A program made the position numbers and the translations under genes. A stretch of 32,000 bases of DNA from Horticoccus luteus (GTDB lineage: Bacteria > Verrucomicrobiota > Verrucomicrobiia > Opitutales > Opitutaceae), in contig NZ_CP080507.1 in the NCBI RefSeq assembly GCF_019464535.1, positions 1,260,001 through 1,292,000 on the forward strand, read 5' to 3'. This document shows, in pieces, positions 1 to 8,775 of this stretch (position 1 is its first letter; every line of letters begins with the position of its first letter). The notes under the pieces are model-generated. The model was given only the letters and a program-made list of their open reading frames with translations, was not told where the DNA came from and ran no database searches.

Positions 1-326
1 CTCAATGCAGCCAAAAGAGTGAGCGGGCTGTCGCCGCCGCGGCTGGTCGGAGGAAACATTTTCTCGTCGAAGGCGGCGCGCAGCCGGGCAATGGAGAGCA
101 GAAAGCCGGCGTCTTCGACGCGCTGGGCGCGGTGGGCGACGCCGGCGGCGGTGAAGAGAGTGATGGCCGAAATCGCCTGGGGGTCGCGGAGGATCGTTTC
201 CAGAGCCTGCGTGGATTCGGGTTGGTCGGCCATGAGTTGCCGATAGAGGCCGACGTCGGACCAAGTCTGCGCGGGCGCAGGCGCAAGCAACGCGAGGAAA
301 AACAGGACTGCCAGGGAGCGGCGCAT
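1..326 (-). CDS. Partial CDS: N-terminal 108 codons of an exported hypothetical protein; the C-terminus lies beyond the left window edge
   Basis: Absent from the ORF track because it has no stop in the window. My reverse-strand translation from ATG (326-324) gives MRRSLAVLFFLALLAPAPAQTWSDVGLYRQLMADQPESTQALETILRDPQAISAITLFTAAGVAHRAQRVEDAGFLLSIARLRAAFDEKMFPP... and stays open down to position 3. It has a typical n-h-c signal peptide. It starts 45 nt downstream of the lipA stop on the same strand. Confidence 0.45.
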   Translation of the reverse strand, partial: MRRSLAVLFFLALLAPAPAQTWSDVGLYRQLMADQPESTQALETILRDPQAISAITLFTAAGVAHRAQRVEDAGFLLSIARLRAAFDEKMFPPTSRGGDSPLTLLAAL

Positions 327-371
327 GACCGGAGTAAAATGAAACCCGCCGGAAGGAAAACCCGCGGAGGG

Positions 372-1268
372 TTACGCGCTGGCGAGGGCGTTCGCGTTGT
401 TGAGGTGCTCGGCGCCGGTGTATTTCTGGGACTGTTCGTCAGCGTGATAGCTGGAGCGCACGAGCGCGCCGCTTTCGACGACGCCGAGACCGATGCTCAG
501 GCCGAATGTTTTCCAGTGGATAAACTCTTCGGGTGTCGCCCAGCGGGCGACGGGGAGATGTTGCGGCGTGGGCTGCAAATACTGGCCGATCGTGAGGATG
601 TCCGTCTTGTCGGAGGCGATGTCGCGGAGCGTCTGCTCGATTTCTTCGCGGGTTTCGCCGAGGCCGAGCATGAGGCCGGTTTTGGTGACGAAACCGCGGC
701 TCTTCGCGTGGCGCAGCATGGAGCGGGAGCGGTCGTAGCGGGCCTGCACGCGCACGGGTTTCTGGAGGCGTTCGACGGTTTCGACGTTGTGATTGAAGAT
801 GTCGGGCTTGGCGTCGAGGACCACGTCGAGGTGTTCGGTGCGGCCTTTGAAATCGGGGGTGAGGACTTCGATCGCGGTCTGCGGATTGCGGTAACGGATG
901 GCGCGGATCGTGGCGGCCCAGACGCTCGCGCCGCCGTCTTTGAGTTCGTCGCGGGCGACGCTCGTGATGACGCAGTGCTTGAGGTTCATCTTGGCGACGG
1001 CGTCGGCGACGCGGCCGGGTTCGCCGAGGTCGAGCTCCGTGGGGCGACCGGTGGCGATCGCGCAAAAGTTGCACGAGCGGGTGCAGATGTTGCCGAGGAT
1101 CATCACGGTGGCGGTGCCGCGGGACCAGCATTCGCCGAGGTTGGGGCACTGCGCACTCTGGCAGACGGTGTGGAGATTGTTTTCATCCACGAGGCGGCGC
1201 GTGGCGGCGTAGCCGGGGCCGGACGGCAGTTTGGCGCGGAGCCAGGAGGGTTTGCGCGAAGTGTCCAT
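372..1268 (-). CDS. lipA: Lipoyl synthase (radical SAM)
   Basis: 298-aa ORF with an ATG start. It has the LipA-specific N-terminal Cx4Cx5C cluster (CQSAQCPNLGEC) and the radical-SAM Cx3Cx2C motif (CTRSCNFC). Length is typical for the family. Confidence 0.95.
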   Translation of the reverse strand: MDTSRKPSWLRAKLPSGPGYAATRRLVDENNLHTVCQSAQCPNLGECWSRGTATVMILGNICTRSCNFCAIATGRPTELDLGEPGRVADAVAKMNLKHCVITSVARDELKDGGASVWAATIRAIRYRNPQTAIEVLTPDFKGRTEHLDVVLDAKPDIFNHNVETVERLQKPVRVQARYDRSRSMLRHAKSRGFVTKTGLMLGLGETREEIEQTLRDIASDKTDILTIGQYLQPTPQHLPVARWATPEEFIHWKTFGLSIGLGVVESGALVRSSYHADEQSQKYTGAEHLNNANALASA

Positions 1269-1487
1269 GACGAGAAGAGAGGGTGATGGATCCGGGCGTT
1301 AATGCACACTCATTTTCACGAATGCCGCGGAGCAGAAGGCGGGGCGGCAGAGAGGCATTAGCGTTGCTCAGCGAGGAAGCGGGTGAGACGCGCCGGCGAA
1401 TGACGCGAGCGGCGCGAAATTTCCGGGAGGAGCGATTTTGATTCGCGCGGCGTCACGTGGGATTCGCACGCGATGAGTGCCGGGCGT

Positions 1488-2180
1488 TCAGCGGACGGCG
1501 GTGCCGGCGAGGAAGTCGGGCAGGAGCGTCCAGAATTCGCGGGCGAGAACAGTGCGGACCTCGCCAAGGTCGACGAGACGGCCGAGTTCGGCTTGGAGGG
1601 AGGTGACGATGCCATCGGCCGCAGCGATGCCGCAGGGGATGATGCCGTTGAAATGGGAGAGGTCGGGATTCACGTTGAGCGCGAAGCCGTGGTAGGTGAC
1701 CCAGCGTTTCACCGCGACGCCGATGGCGGCGATTTTGCGCTGCGCGAGCCAGATGCCGGTCTTGCCGGGGCGGCGCGCGGCGGCGAGCCCGAGGGTGCCG
1801 AGCGTGTTGATGAGGACCTGTTCGAGGAAACGCAGGTAGGCGTGCAGGTCTTTGCGCGGGGCGAGGGAGATGATCGGATAGCCGACGATCTGACCGGGGC
1901 CGTGATACGTGATGTCGCCGCCGCGATTGGTCTTAACGACCTCGATCCCGGCGTGGGTGAGTTGGGTAGTATTCCAGACGAGATGCGTATCGGCGCCGGT
2001 GCGAAGGCCGATGGTGTAAACGGGATCGTGCTCCGTGAAGACGAGGGTGTCGCCGATTTCGCCGGCGATGCGCTGAGCGACGAGGGCCTCCTGCTGACGC
2101 CAGGCGAATTCATAGCGGGTGCGGCCCCAGTCGAGTGTGGCGGGCGCGAGAGGCGGAAGCGGAGCGGCGGACGCGGACAT
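1488..2180 (-). CDS. lipB: Lipoyl(octanoyl) transferase
   Basis: Contains the LipB hallmark RGGDITYHGPGQ and the catalytic-Cys context IIPCGI. The track ORF begins at a TTG (2192); the in-frame ATG four codons downstream (2180) is preferred, so the start is uncertain by 12 nt. It lies upstream of lipA on the same strand. Confidence 0.9.
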   Translation of the reverse strand: MSASAAPLPPLAPATLDWGRTRYEFAWRQQEALVAQRIAGEIGDTLVFTEHDPVYTIGLRTGADTHLVWNTTQLTHAGIEVVKTNRGGDITYHGPGQIVGYPIISLAPRKDLHAYLRFLEQVLINTLGTLGLAAARRPGKTGIWLAQRKIAAIGVAVKRWVTYHGFALNVNPDLSHFNGIIPCGIAAADGIVTSLQAELGRLVDLGEVRTVLAREFWTLLPDFLAGTAVR

Positions 2181-2353
2181 GAGGGAAGTCAATGCGCCCG
2201 TGCGGCCGGTGCAAGCGAAGCGGCGAAGGCCGGGGGGGAAGGAACTTTCAACACGTTCAGCTTGGCGCGGAGCGTGGTTTGGGGCACGAAGCAGCTTGAA
2301 GTGAGCGGAGCGAAAACGCAGGTGCGCGCGGCGACGTTGACTTCAACCCTCCC

Positions 2354-3460
2354 ATGACCCCGCTCCCGATGTTGAATCTCCTTGGCCAACTGCCTTTCCA
2401 AACCGGCGCGGTGACGCGCATGATCAACGCCGAAAACCCGACCGGCGAAAAAGGCGGCGGCGCGAAGTGGGTGCCGAATCCGGAGGACCCGATGCTGCCG
2501 CACAGCGGTCCGGCAATGCATCTCGGGAAGGGTTGGAAGGTGCGGCCGTTCATCAGCGTGAAGGCGGGCGAGACGGCGCTGCTCGCGGACATCGAAGGTC
2601 CCGGTTGCATCAATCAGTTTTGGATCACCACGAGCGCGGACGAATGGCGGACGCTCGTGCTGCGAATGTATTGGGATGGCGAGGCGGCGCCGTCGGTCGA
2701 AGTGCCGCTGGGGGATTTTTTCGCGATGGGTTTCGACACGCAGCCGCACACGGTGACGTCGCTGCCGGTGGTCGTCGCGCCGCACCGCGGGTGCAGTTGC
2801 TACTGGCAGATGCCGTTCCGCAAGCGGGCGAAGATCACGTTGAGCAACGACGGGAAAAACGATGTGCGGATCGTGGCTTACAAAGTGCTCTACAAACTGC
2901 ACGAGGTGCCGGCGGACGCGGCGTATTTTCATGCGCAATGGCGGCGGAGTCTGACGCAGCGCGAACATCCGGAGCACACGATCCTCGATGGCGTGAAGGG
3001 CCGCGGGCTTTACGTGGGCACGTATCTCGCGTGGACGGCGTTGTCGCGCGGCTGGTGGGGCGAGGGCGAGGTGAAGTTTTACCTCGATGGCGACGGCGAG
3101 TTTCCGACGATTTGCGACAACGGCACGGAGGACTATTTCGGCGGGGCGTGGGGATTTTTTCGCGATCCGAAAAAGGAGCCGGTGGAGGAGCCGTATAACA
3201 CGCCGTTCATCGGCATGCCGCTCGCGCACACGAGCGGGAACGACGGTCCGCGCTATTTCGGCCTGTATCGCTGGCACGTGCTGGACAGCATCGGTTTCGA
3301 GCGGGATTTGCGGGTGACGGTGCAGACGCTCGGCTGGTGGCCGGGGCATATTTATCAACCGTTGACGGACGACGTGGCGTCGACGGCGATCTGGTATCAG
3401 AGCGAGCCGCACGGGGCGTTTCCGGTGCTGCCAGGCGTGAACGAGCGGTGGCAGCGCTGA
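2354..3460 (+). CDS. DUF2961 / glycoside hydrolase family 172-like protein
   Basis: 368 aa with no signal peptide. The sequence blocks (NAENPTGEKGGG, GPGCINQFWITT, LVLRMYWDGE, VPLGDFF, YFHAQWRR, GEGEVKFYLDGD, GTEDYFGGAWG) match my recollection of the DUF2961 jelly-roll family. This is a family-level call only. Confidence 0.7.
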   Translation: MTPLPMLNLLGQLPFQTGAVTRMINAENPTGEKGGGAKWVPNPEDPMLPHSGPAMHLGKGWKVRPFISVKAGETALLADIEGPGCINQFWITTSADEWRTLVLRMYWDGEAAPSVEVPLGDFFAMGFDTQPHTVTSLPVVVAPHRGCSCYWQMPFRKRAKITLSNDGKNDVRIVAYKVLYKLHEVPADAAYFHAQWRRSLTQREHPEHTILDGVKGRGLYVGTYLAWTALSRGWWGEGEVKFYLDGDGEFPTICDNGTEDYFGGAWGFFRDPKKEPVEEPYNTPFIGMPLAHTSGNDGPRYFGLYRWHVLDSIGFERDLRVTVQTLGWWPGHIYQPLTDDVASTAIWYQSEPHGAFPVLPGVNERWQR

Positions 3461-3485
3461 GGACGAGGCGGGAGGGGAACCGCTG

Positions 3486-4547
3486 ATGGACGCGAATCCG
3501 GGGAAATCGACCGGTGGGGAAACACGGCGGGTGGCGGGCGAGGCGAATCCGGATTTCACGTGCTACGCGGACGCGGTGGCGCGACAGCGGGTGCATCAAG
3601 AGGACTGGTTGCGAGTGGGCTACGCGCCGCTGGGATTTTATCTGAAGGATTTTTGCCTGCACTGCGAAGGCGACGTGTGGCACCTGTTTCACATCGCGGG
3701 CACGCCGGGAGTGAGTTGTGGCCTGCCGGGGAATGAAGTGTTTTTCGGTCACGCGACGACGCGGGATTTCGTGACGTGGGAAACGCACGAGGCGTGTTTT
3801 TTCATCGACGTGAACGGCTGGGACCACGGGCACGTGTTCGCGCCGTATGTCGTGGCGAGCGGCGGACGATACTGGATGTTCTACACGGGCGTCGCGACGG
3901 ACAACACGCAGCGCATCGGCGTGGCGAGGTCGGACGATTTGTTTCACTGGAAGCGCGCGAGCGACCGGCCGGTGATCCGGCCGGAAGAATACGGCTGGGC
4001 GTTTTGTCCGACGACGGGCGGCGCGGCGTGTCGCGATCCGCATGTGCTGCATGATGGCGAGCGCTGGCAGATGTATTACACGGCGGTGTTGCGCGATGGG
4101 CGGGGCGGCGTGGCGCGGGCGAGTTCGGCGGATTTGTTCACGTGGCGTGATGAGGGTGTGGCGTATGCGTTCAGCGGTTGGAATCAGTGTGAGTCGTGCA
4201 ACGTGCAGCGGGCGGACGATGGGCGCTGGCTGCTTTTTTTCGGCGGACATCACGCGTGGAGTTACGTGGCGGGCGACAATCCGCAGCGCTGGCCGGACGT
4301 GGCGCCGACGGCGTTGCGGGCGGATATCACGGGCATGGAAGTCATCGCGCGAAAGGGACCGCGCTGGCTGGTGACGTATTTCGGGCTGCGTTATTACCGG
4401 CTGCTGGTGGGCGTGCTGGATTGGAGTGCGGCGCGGCCGACGATTGCGCAGGTGACGAAGGCGGAGGAATTGCGGGAGTTTAAACTCCAAGCGCACGAGA
4501 CTCCTAGCGAAAGCTCAGCAAGAAGGCAACCACCTGCCCTGACTTAA
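3486..4547 (+). CDS. Five-bladed beta-propeller glycoside hydrolase, GH32/GH43-like
   Basis: 353 aa with no signal peptide. It shows repeated W/Y-rich blade patterns (WHLFHIAG, YWMFYTG, RWQMYYT, RWLLFFGG), an RDP motif (CRDPHVL) as in clan GH-J enzymes and a candidate acid/base Glu (CESC). It starts 25 nt after the GH172-like gene. Family assignment is tentative. Confidence 0.5.
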   Translation: MDANPGKSTGGETRRVAGEANPDFTCYADAVARQRVHQEDWLRVGYAPLGFYLKDFCLHCEGDVWHLFHIAGTPGVSCGLPGNEVFFGHATTRDFVTWETHEACFFIDVNGWDHGHVFAPYVVASGGRYWMFYTGVATDNTQRIGVARSDDLFHWKRASDRPVIRPEEYGWAFCPTTGGAACRDPHVLHDGERWQMYYTAVLRDGRGGVARASSADLFTWRDEGVAYAFSGWNQCESCNVQRADDGRWLLFFGGHHAWSYVAGDNPQRWPDVAPTALRADITGMEVIARKGPRWLVTYFGLRYYRLLVGVLDWSAARPTIAQVTKAEELREFKLQAHETPSESSARRQPPALT

Positions 4548-4593
4548 AAAAATCGGGCGAGTGAGAAAGAGTTTGCTCACTGGTGGCCCGGGT

Positions 4594-5169
4594 ATGCGGA
4601 TGGCATCCATGAAGCGTTACCCGGTCATATTTCTTAACGGAACCTCCAGTGCTGGAAAAACCACCGTGGCGCAGGCTTTTCAAAAGCTCTGGCATGAGCC
4701 AACGCTCTACGCGTCGAACGATGCGTTCATCTTCATGTTTCCCGAGCACGTGTTGAAAGACGATCAGGTGAGGCCGAAGGTTCTTTGGCCTGTTTTGTCG
4801 GCCTTCAACCGTTCACTTACCTATCTGGCCGCATGCGGTTTCCCGCTCGTCGTCGACTATATGCTGGAGGCGGAACAGTGGCTGCTCGAATGCGTCGACT
4901 CACTGGCGGCGCATGATGTTTTGTTCGTCGGGGTAAAATGTCCGCTGGAGGAATTGGAGCGACGCGAGCGGGCGCGCGGCGATCGACAAATTGGATTTGC
5001 ACGCTGGCAGTATGAGCGCGTGCACCGCTTTGGCGGGTACGACTTCGAAATCGACACGAAAGCGTTGAGTCCGGACCAGTGTGCAGAGCAGTTGAGAAAC
5101 CTCCTGCTTTCGGGACGGACTGGCGATGCGTTCGCACGTTTCAGGCAGAGTGGCATCAACACCGCTTGA
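4594..5169 (+). CDS. Chloramphenicol phosphotransferase-like (CPT family) P-loop kinase
   Basis: P-loop LNGTSSAGKTT near the N-terminus. The blocks VGVKCP, ERRERARGDR and YDFEIDT parallel my memory of Streptomyces CPT (LNGGSSAGKS, VGVRC, RGDR, YDVEVDT). The track ORF starts at GTG 4561; in-frame ATGs at 4594, 4600 and 4609 are more plausible, so the start is uncertain. Confidence 0.75.
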   Translation: MRMASMKRYPVIFLNGTSSAGKTTVAQAFQKLWHEPTLYASNDAFIFMFPEHVLKDDQVRPKVLWPVLSAFNRSLTYLAACGFPLVVDYMLEAEQWLLECVDSLAAHDVLFVGVKCPLEELERRERARGDRQIGFARWQYERVHRFGGYDFEIDTKALSPDQCAEQLRNLLLSGRTGDAFARFRQSGINTA

Positions 5170-5312
5170 ACGCCGCCGCGGACTGCTGTTGGCGAGGGGC
5201 GCGAGTGAGACGATGAGAAGGAGAACGATTAAGATTAGGAGAACGATTTGGCTGCGCGGCTGGAAAATCCGGGTTGCGACGGGGACGGGGGATGGCACGG
5301 TGGCGGGTTCAC

Positions 5313-6803
5313 ATGAGCGACACTCCCAGTGACATTTCCCATGACCAGCACGCGGTGCGGCGGCAGAAGCTCGCCGATTTGCGCGCGGCGGGGCAGGATC
5401 CGTTTCGCGCCAACGTGGCGACGACGCACTTTTCGGCGGACGCGAAAGCGCTTTACGTCGAAGGACAGGACGACGTCGTCAGCGTGACCGTCGCCGGGCG
5501 GTTGGTGACGTTTCGGGTGCAGGGCGGCAGTTCGTTCGTGAAGATTTTGGACCAGCAGGGGCAGATTCAGCTCTATTTCCGCAAGGACGTGCTCGGCGAG
5601 GAACGTTACGGCGTCTTCAAAAAGCTGCTCGATCTCGGTGACATCATCGGCGTGACGGGAACGTTGTTCAAAACGAAGACGGGCGAGATCACGGTGCGCG
5701 TGGACAGCTTCACGCTGGTGAGCAAGGCGCTGCGTCCGCTGCCGGAAAAATGGCACGGGTTGAGCGATGCGGAGCAGGTTTACCGGCAGCGTTACCTCGA
5801 CTTGATCGTGAACGCGGAATCGCGCGCACGGCTGTTGCTGCGTTCGAAAGTGGTGTCGCACATCCGGCGGTTTTTGGAAGACCGGCAGTTCATCGAGGTT
5901 GAAACACCGGTGCTGGAGAACACGGCGGGCGGGGCAGCGGCGCGGCCGTTTGTGACGCACCATAACGCGCTCAACGTGGACTTTTTCCTGCGTATCGCGA
6001 CGGAGCTGCGGTTGAAGCGGTTGCTCGTGGGCGGTTTTGATCGGGTGTTCGAGATCGGGCGGATTTTCCGGAATGAGGGCGTGTCGCGGCGGCACAATCC
6101 GGAGTTCACGATGCTGGAGGTTTACCAGGCCTACAGCGATTACCGCGGGATGATGACGTTGATTCGCGATCTGTTGACGACGTTGGTGCGCGACGTGATC
6201 CGGCCGGCGGATGGTTCGCTCAAGATCAAGCATGCGGCGAGCGGAGAGGAGATCGATTTCGGCGGCGAGTGGCGCGAGGTGCGTTACAAGGATCTCATCA
6301 CGCAGGCGACGGGCGACGCGGAATGGTTTGCGCGCAGCAAGGGCGAGAAGGTCGCGGGCGCGGAGAAGCTGGGGCTCTACGTCGATCCGAAGTGGGAGGA
6401 GTTCGAGATCACCAACGAGATTTTCTCGAAGAAGATCGAGCCGACGCTGATCCAGCCGACATTCATCACGCATCTGCCGAAGGAGTTGTGTCCGCTGGCG
6501 AAGTTGAACGCGGAGGACCCGAGCGTGCTCGATGTGTTTGAGCTGACGATCGGTGGCATGGAAGTGGCGCCGGCGTATTCGGAGCAGAACGATCCGGACG
6601 TGCAGCGGCAGATGTTCGAGGCGCAGGCGGGCGAGGAGCAGCAGAACATCGATCACGATTTCCTGCTCGCGCTGGAGCACGGGATGCCGCCGGCGGGCGG
6701 GATGGGCGTGGGGATCGACCGGTTGTGCATTTTGCTGACTGGTGCGGAGAGCATTCGCGATGTGATCCTGTTTCCGCAGTTGCGGCCTGCGGACGCAAAA
6801 TGA
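5313..6803 (+). CDS. lysS: Lysine--tRNA ligase, class II
   Basis: N-terminal OB-fold region followed by a class II core with motif 2 (RIFRNEGVSRRHNPEFTMLE) and motif 3 (GGMGVGIDRL). The start is moved to ATG 5313 (MSDTPSDIS...). The 13 upstream codons in the track ORF are Arg/Gly-rich and look non-coding. Confidence 0.95.
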   Translation: MSDTPSDISHDQHAVRRQKLADLRAAGQDPFRANVATTHFSADAKALYVEGQDDVVSVTVAGRLVTFRVQGGSSFVKILDQQGQIQLYFRKDVLGEERYGVFKKLLDLGDIIGVTGTLFKTKTGEITVRVDSFTLVSKALRPLPEKWHGLSDAEQVYRQRYLDLIVNAESRARLLLRSKVVSHIRRFLEDRQFIEVETPVLENTAGGAAARPFVTHHNALNVDFFLRIATELRLKRLLVGGFDRVFEIGRIFRNEGVSRRHNPEFTMLEVYQAYSDYRGMMTLIRDLLTTLVRDVIRPADGSLKIKHAASGEEIDFGGEWREVRYKDLITQATGDAEWFARSKGEKVAGAEKLGLYVDPKWEEFEITNEIFSKKIEPTLIQPTFITHLPKELCPLAKLNAEDPSVLDVFELTIGGMEVAPAYSEQNDPDVQRQMFEAQAGEEQQNIDHDFLLALEHGMPPAGGMGVGIDRLCILLTGAESIRDVILFPQLRPADAK

Positions 6804-6863
6804 CGAATTGAGTCGCGGGGAACGCGCGCCTGACTCGACACTCCGCATTCGTCATTTCGGTCC

Positions 6864-8102
6864 ATGCCCTGGTATCTTTACCTCGCTCTGAAGCAGCTTT
6901 TCCCGACGGGGCGGCGGTTTCCGTTCTTCACGGCGATCTCCATTCTGGGGGTGGCGCTGGGCGTGGCGCTGCTCGTGGTTTCCACGGGAGTCATGGCGGG
7001 GTTTGGCCACGAGATCCGGCGGATGATCGTCGATACGCAAGGGGACGTGCAGGTGCGCGGTTCGGGCTTGATCACGGATCCGGAGGCGTTGCAGGCGCGG
7101 ATTGCGCGGGTGCCGGGCGTGGTGGCCACGACGCCCTTTGCCGAAGGCGTGGTGATGCTGGAGGCGGATCGGAAGCCGGCGTTTCCGGGCATTCAGGGGG
7201 TGGACGTCAATCGCGTGGAGAAGGTCATTCCGTTGCGGAAATACGTGCGGATCGGATCGCTCGACGATCTCGACGACGATTCGATCATCCTGAGTTCGCA
7301 GCTCGCGATTTCACTGGGCGCGCGATTGGGCGGCACGGTGCAGTTGTATTCGCCGCTGCTGCTGGAGAAGTTGAAAAACGATGAAGTGCTGCTGCCGCGC
7401 GAAATGCGTGTGGTGGGCATTTTCGAGATCGGGCACCAGCAGCTCGACAGCTCGACGGTGATCGTGACGTTGCGGGCGATGCAGGATATTTACGGCCTGG
7501 GCTCGGCGGTGCATGGCGTGAACATCAAGCTGGCGCCGGGCGTGGATGCGGATGTGGCGGCGGCGCGGATCAATCGCGCGCTGGCGAATGATCCCGACGA
7601 CGTGCACGCGCGCTCGTGGGCGGAGATCAACGAGGACTTTCTCTTCGTGCTTTCGCTGGAGAAGAACATGATCTTTTTCCTGCTGATCTTCATCATCGTG
7701 GTCGCGGCGTTTTCGGTGACGAGTTCGCTGCTGATTTCGGTGGTGCGGAAGACGCGCGAGATCGGCGTGCTCGGGGCCTTGGGGGCGAAGCCCCGGCAGA
7801 TTGCGGCGTGTTTTTGCGCGCAGGGACTGATCATCGGCCTCGCGGGAACGGCGGCAGGGCTGGCGCTGGGTTTCTCGTTTTTGCACTACCGCGATGCGAT
7901 CGTGCGCGGTTTCGCGAGTCTCACGCAAAGTCAGGAAGTGTTGGAAAAGTTTTACCAATTCAGCCGGCTGCCGGCGTATTCCGAGACGTCGGACGTGGTG
8001 ACGATCATCGTGAGTTCGGTGGTGATTTCGACGCTCGCCGGTTTGTTGCCGGCGTGGCGGGCGGCGCGACTCAAACCCGTGGAGGCGTTGCGCAGTGAGT
8101 GA
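6864..8102 (+). CDS. lolC: Lipoprotein-releasing ABC transporter permease, LolC/E family (FtsX-type)
   Basis: 412 aa. The N-terminus YLALKQLFPTGRRFPFFTAISILGVALGVALLV is typical of LolC/E. A large periplasmic domain sits between TM1 and TM2, followed by a C-terminal FtsX 3-TM bundle. It overlaps the lolD start by 8 nt. This is a single permease gene, i.e. homodimeric-type. Confidence 0.8.
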   Translation: MPWYLYLALKQLFPTGRRFPFFTAISILGVALGVALLVVSTGVMAGFGHEIRRMIVDTQGDVQVRGSGLITDPEALQARIARVPGVVATTPFAEGVVMLEADRKPAFPGIQGVDVNRVEKVIPLRKYVRIGSLDDLDDDSIILSSQLAISLGARLGGTVQLYSPLLLEKLKNDEVLLPREMRVVGIFEIGHQQLDSSTVIVTLRAMQDIYGLGSAVHGVNIKLAPGVDADVAAARINRALANDPDDVHARSWAEINEDFLFVLSLEKNMIFFLLIFIIVVAAFSVTSSLLISVVRKTREIGVLGALGAKPRQIAACFCAQGLIIGLAGTAAGLALGFSFLHYRDAIVRGFASLTQSQEVLEKFYQFSRLPAYSETSDVVTIIVSSVVISTLAGLLPAWRAARLKPVEALRSE

Positions 8103-8760
8103 GGTTGAATCCAACGTGCTCGCGGCCCGCGGGCTGCGGAAAAACTACGTGAGCGGCACGCAGCGGCTGGAGGTTTTGCGCGGCGTCGATCTCACGGTGG
8201 CGGGGGGCGAGAGCGTGTCGATTCGAGGCGAATCGGGTTCGGGAAAATCCACGTTGCTCAACCTGCTCGCGGGCTTGGATGCGCCGGACGGCGGGACGCT
8301 CCATTGGGGTGGCTCCGCGGACACAGGGACGACGCGTCGCGGGAATTTCCTGGGCATCGTTTTCCAATCGTTCTACCTGATTCCGGAGATCGATGCGTTG
8401 AATAATGTGCTGATGCCCGCGCGGATTCGCGGCGGAGCCGGCGCGACGGAACGGGCGCGGGCCGCGGAGCTGTTGCGGCGCGTGGGCTTGGCGGAGCGCG
8501 CGAAGCATTTGCCGGCGCAGCTGTCCGGCGGCGAGCGTCAACGGGTGGCGGTGGCGCGGGCGCTCATGAACGCGCCGCAGCTCATTCTCGCGGATGAGCC
8601 GACGGGCAATCTCGACGAGCGCACGGGCGATGCGGTGGTGCAGCTTTTGCTCAGCTTGTGCGCGGAGACTCAGACGGCGCTCGTGCTCGTGACGCATAAT
8701 GCCGCGCATGCGGCGAAGACGCAGCGGGCGCTGTTTTTGCGCGACGGCGTGCTGCGGTAG
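8095..8760 (+). CDS. lolD: Lipoprotein-releasing ABC transporter ATP-binding protein
   Basis: GTG start overlapping the permease stop. Has Walker A GESGSGKST, ABC signature LSGGERQR and Walker B LILADEPT. Confidence 0.85.
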   Translation: MSEVESNVLAARGLRKNYVSGTQRLEVLRGVDLTVAGGESVSIRGESGSGKSTLLNLLAGLDAPDGGTLHWGGSADTGTTRRGNFLGIVFQSFYLIPEIDALNNVLMPARIRGGAGATERARAAELLRRVGLAERAKHLPAQLSGGERQRVAVARALMNAPQLILADEPTGNLDERTGDAVVQLLLSLCAETQTALVLVTHNAAHAAKTQRALFLRDGVLR

Positions 8761-8775
8761 GCGGGGCTGGCGGGC

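Noticed and set aside
1269-1487. Possible small gene or RNA in the 219-nt lipB-lipA spacer (track ORF 1358-1615)
   Set aside because: The ORF overlaps the lipB C-terminus and is Ser/Pro/Arg-rich. I saw no tRNA-like cloverleaf or conserved RNA motif by eye.
2189-4496. 456-aa (2189-3559) and 429-aa (3207-4496) minus-strand ORFs
   Set aside because: They are antisense shadows of the GH172-like and GH32-like genes. They have Arg/His/Pro-rich low complexity and no motifs.
5235-6848. 537-aa minus-strand ORF opposite lysS
   Set aside because: It is fully antisense to an unmistakable class II LysRS, and its composition is Arg/Leu/His/Pro-rich shadow sequence.
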